Position numbers and translations under genes: made by a program. DNA of 63,062 nt, the filler included, from Asterionella formosa (taxonomy: Eukaryota), in assembly GCA_002256025.1 (NCBI GenBank). It is 5 parts of 5 records of this genome, joined end to end, with 100 filler letters (N's around TTAATTAATTAA, not from the genome) between each part and the next. Parts side by side here need not be neighbours in the genome. Positions count along the whole stretch, not along the records: positions 59,381 to 61,171 come from NKIB01001180.1; positions 61,272 to 63,062 come from NKIB01001181.1; 3 more parts are not named here. One strand, given 5' to 3'. The first letter of the stretch is position 1. Each line of letters begins with the position of its first letter. The notes under the pieces are model-generated. The model worked only from the letters and a program-made list of their open reading frames with translations, had not been told where the DNA came from and searched no databases. Shown one piece after another: positions 59,381-63,062 of the stretch.

Positions 59381-61119
59381 TAAACAAAACATGGCAAACG
59401 AGCAAGTAATTCCTTCTCATTGTTATTATAATTAGGAAATCAAAATGGATAAAACAGAATCGGATCAAAAGGAAATGGGATTTGCAGCATGTAGTCAGAC
59501 AAGTTTCCTGACACCAGTAGCAGTATTTCCGCCACAGTCATTCCTCTCCGCTGCCCACCAAACAAGCAACCCTGATCATTCTATTCTGAGCAAGCGTGAT
59601 GGCCACGCTGCTCCAGAACTATTGACTCTCTCTAGCTGAGTATTCATCATCTAGCTTCTGATATGAACTCATAGTAGAATTGTAGCAAAGCGCGTTAGTA
59701 CAAGAAATGCATTGCTTGGCGGCAATATTGACATCATTGTCAACGACTATACAAATCAACAAATACGATCAACAACGGCACAATACCACATCTTCAATGA
59801 GTAGTCATTGATAAATGCATTGGTTCTCATGTAGATATGTACAATCGAAACAAAACGACAGTGCATAACGACAAACAACAATGGAAGCGATCAAAACAAA
59901 CCACGGAAGCAATCAAATCGGAAAGTCGATAAATACGATCTACAATCCACATTCAGTATTTCACTGTTGTACTCACCGATCCGCTTCAACTAGCATAACA
60001 AGCAGCAGACGATGGGATCAAAGAAAGACGAACGTTGCCTATTGCAAGCCCGAATAGAGCAAAGGCAGGCAAGATAGAGTGAGAATTAAAATTGTGAGGA
60101 CGAAATTGGGCATACGGTACGTAAAATCAATGAAAATGTGAACGATACAATTTAACATTTTAGGTCTCGTAAAAATAATAACGAGTCTACAGAGATAATA
60201 TCATAACGTGTTCAAAGTAAGCGCTAAAGCATACCGGTAGCTTAAACCATGCATGGTTGTTTTTAGTACCACGTACGTATGTAGACTAGATGACTGCCGG
60301 TACCTGTAGGAATATCCGTTAAGCATCATTACATACATGACCGGAGAAAAAACTTGCCACCAACATCAGATGTATCGATATCATCGTTCGTCCGACGAAA
60401 TATGGACGATGCGACTACATGAATACCTCGAGAAGACAAGCAATCCAACAATCAACCGCATCCGTTAGGCAAAGAATCGCGAATGGCGTCATCGCGGAAC
60501 TGATTTCGCTTCAAACCGGTCATGATGGACGACGATTGGCATGGTGAAAGGTGAATTGCCGGAGTCCACTTTTCAGGAGACAAACAAAAACGAGGTGAAT
60601 TGTAGATATAAATTATTAGAATCTGATTAGTATATAAAATGGTTTCCTTAAGTAGACCCCTTGCCGATTTCGGCAATCCCAGGGCTGGAAAACCGAGGGG
60701 CAATTGGTGTCTGTTGTCTTGCCAAAATGCGAACATATGAAATATCTAAAATATATTTTAATGATGGGCAATATCGGACCTTTGGCAATTTTCGAGGTGA
60801 AGATAGGAAATATACAAAATATATTTTATATGATGGGCAATAGTAGGCTAAAATTGACATTTATGCTAAATTTGTGGGCAGTAGGTAAGCGAATGACGCG
60901 ACGATAGCTAGAGCGGGAATTGCCTCAACAATACCCTTCTCGGCGGCTACTTGCCTTCTTGTATACTTCAAACTCGGCAAAAATTTACTGCATGATCATA
61001 AATTATAGGATACATTGATCATATTTTTGATCGAAAAGCTATCATATTTGTAAAATCTTGTGCCACTTAGCATACAATACCCTTGATCATATATCCATGA
61101 TAGTTTTTATTTACAGACG
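59381..61119. mobile_element. Right part of a CGTCTG-family TIR element
   Basis: Ends TTTTTATTTACAGACG; the terminal ~115 bp are similar to 1478-1593. Confidence 0.6.
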
Positions 61120-61171
61120 ATGTCAATAGTACATGCCAACGAGATCAATTGTTGGGTTCACAAAGACTAAA

Positions 61172-61271
61172 NNNNNNNNNNNNNNNNNNNNNNNNNNNNN
61201 NNNNNNNNNNNNNNNTTAATTAATTAANNNNNNNNNNNNNNNNNNNNNNNNNNNNNNNNNNNNNNNNNNNN
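61172..61271. other. Assembly gap with linker
   Basis: N44-TTAATTAATTAA-N44. Confidence 0.99.
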
Positions 61272-62810
61272 CAATAGGAGTGTGGTAAGGGAGAGACATG
61301 TCTTCCATATAAATTCGTAGCCAGAGCACATGTTTAGATAATGTAGTAGCAGCATCTAGTTCAGCTTCTGTTTTATTGTAAGCAGTGGTACTTTGTTCGC
61401 GACACAATGTAATAACAGCTGTACCATTGATCATGACTACTCCGCCAGAATAGGCAAGACGGTCAAAAACCGCCCCTCCAAAGTTTGCATCGGCAAATCC
61501 CTTGGTGATCGGGGCTAAACCTTGACAGGTTTTCACACCCGAAAAATGCTTCTGTTCCCGCAGAAGGTGAGGCAAGGTGATTGCATTAACATGATGAGTT
61601 TCAATCACTCCACTAGTTGTCAGCTTACTAGGAATGTGCCAAAATGTTTGCTCTTTGTCAAACTGATGAGCTTCGACACTAATTACAGTGGGTTCGCCTA
61701 ACCACGGAGCTGCTTGGCTGATGTGGGCAATAGAAATAACTGAACCACGTGGTATGTTTCGATTAAAAGTGAGAGGAAGGTCAGGATAGCGACGAAGATA
61801 TTTGGCAATTGGAAGGAGTCCCTCAAAGTGTAACATGCCAGGAGCATTTTGATATTGAGCAAGATGTTGAACTGCAGTTTGAATATCCAATCTAGTCCAT
61901 TGACAGAGATGTTGAAGCTGCCCCAACAGTGTGCGATATTCAGATCCATATCTTTTGATGGCTGTTTTCATCTCGAAGCTGGAATATGGTACACAACTTG
62001 CCAAGGCTTCCTCGTGCTGTATTCCAGCAAGCATAGGGACTATATTTGCAATGGAGAATGCTTCCTTATTCCATGTGGTACCATAGACATATGTTAATAT
62101 CTCTGAAACCATATGGGTTTGATCAATAGTCATACAATTGGGGCTAAAGAGGAACCGCAGACCAAAAAATGTGAGACAATTCCCAAGTTATGAACCTTCC
62201 AGTGAGATTCTAAGGTGGCAACAATGTGCTTGTACGTAGTGACAGAATGTGTTCCAATGAGGATATCATCAGTAGCTCTGGCTATAATGACATGGTGAGT
62301 ATTAATAATTCCTTGATAAATGCATTGATCTGCTCGATTCATTACTAGTCCAAGTTCCCCACATATGACTTTGTCAATATGGTCTCCCCATTCACGGGAT
62401 GCATCTTTGCGACCTTGAACATGTGCAAAAATTTCGACTCCAAGAGTTTTCCATGGATATTTGTTACTATCCGGGAGTGTTTTAGTCATTGACGCATATT
62501 CAGTAGGGAATCTAGTTTAAAACCATAGGATGTACTCAGGAAACATTCTGAGCCAAATGCGATTGCCAGCTTCATTGGGAGGTGCTGGGGTATTTTTAAA
62601 TGAATTGCTAATATCAAGATGGTAGAAATCATAATGCAGATATATAACAATGGCGAGAAAAACTTTGATAGACATAGCCAAGATGGTTGGTGCAAAAGAT
62701 TCAGTGTAATCTACTCCTTTGATTTGGAAACTGCCATTCACGCAGAGGCGAACTTTGCAATCATTGATTTGTTTTGCAGTATTAAGGACATGTTTGAGGA
62801 CCACATCAAA
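61272..62810 (-). mobile_element. Second Ty1/copia remnant (RT-RNase H), frameshifted
   Basis: KVRLCVNGSFQIKGVDYTESFAPT, HLDISNSF, QGRKDASREW, ARATDDIL, YRTLLGQLQHL..TRLDI and GFADANF..TEAELDAA. Confidence 0.9.
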
Positions 62811-62998
62811 GCCGTGTATTACGTGAACTGACCATCACATAAATAAGACTAGTTGATTTTGAATGCATCACATGAATTAGTTGAATACATCAAAATACGT
62901 AGTTGAAAATATCTATATATTATCTGAATACATCACGTTAAATATTTGATCAAAGTATCATGCATGCATTCCTGATCATCACTATATTATGTGATCAC

Positions 62999-63062
62999 CT
63001 TCACATAATTATTTGAAATACTTCACATAATTATTTGAAATACTTCACATAATTATTTGAAA
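62999..63062. repeat. 22-bp tandem repeat (about 3 copies, running off the window)
   Basis: cttcacataattatttgaaata repeated. Confidence 0.9.

Noticed and set aside
56388..61119. One transposon capturing the TLDc and methyltransferase genes
   Set aside because: The two termini and the genes lie on three contigs separated by gaps, so continuity cannot be shown.

Overview
Eukaryotic, almost certainly diatom, draft-assembly DNA. The evidence is CoDi-type Ty1/copia elements, diatom-style PPR and TLDc genes, a GT-AG intron, and four 100-nt gaps carrying a TTAATTAATTAA linker. Host genes: SIL1-type ER nucleotide exchange factor, PPR protein, alpha/beta hydrolase, intron-containing M23 metallopeptidase, DHX37/DHR1 helicase, a secreted Reeler-like/Pro-rich protein, a TLDc protein and a methyltransferase-like fragment. 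They sit among dense, nested transposon remnants: two copia elements, pogo/Tc1 elements with TA target-site duplications (TSDs), two TIR families with 2-bp TSDs, a Ginger-like integrase and MITEs. Most notable: (i) a tRNA-headed SINE-like family, one copy with a TSD and one followed by a compact structured RNA; (ii) GGTACC/TACCWGGTA arrays upstream of host genes that resemble accumulated pogo excision footprints; (iii) a CpG-depleted minus-strand cluster at 43.8-48.4 kb with an LRR-ARM pseudogene, a captured LL-DAP aminotransferase fragment and a SEL1-repeat plus membrane-domain ORF, suggestive of an immune-like module; (iv) a bacterial-type M23 peptidase with an intron. All calls come from reading the sequence by eye; no database searches were run.
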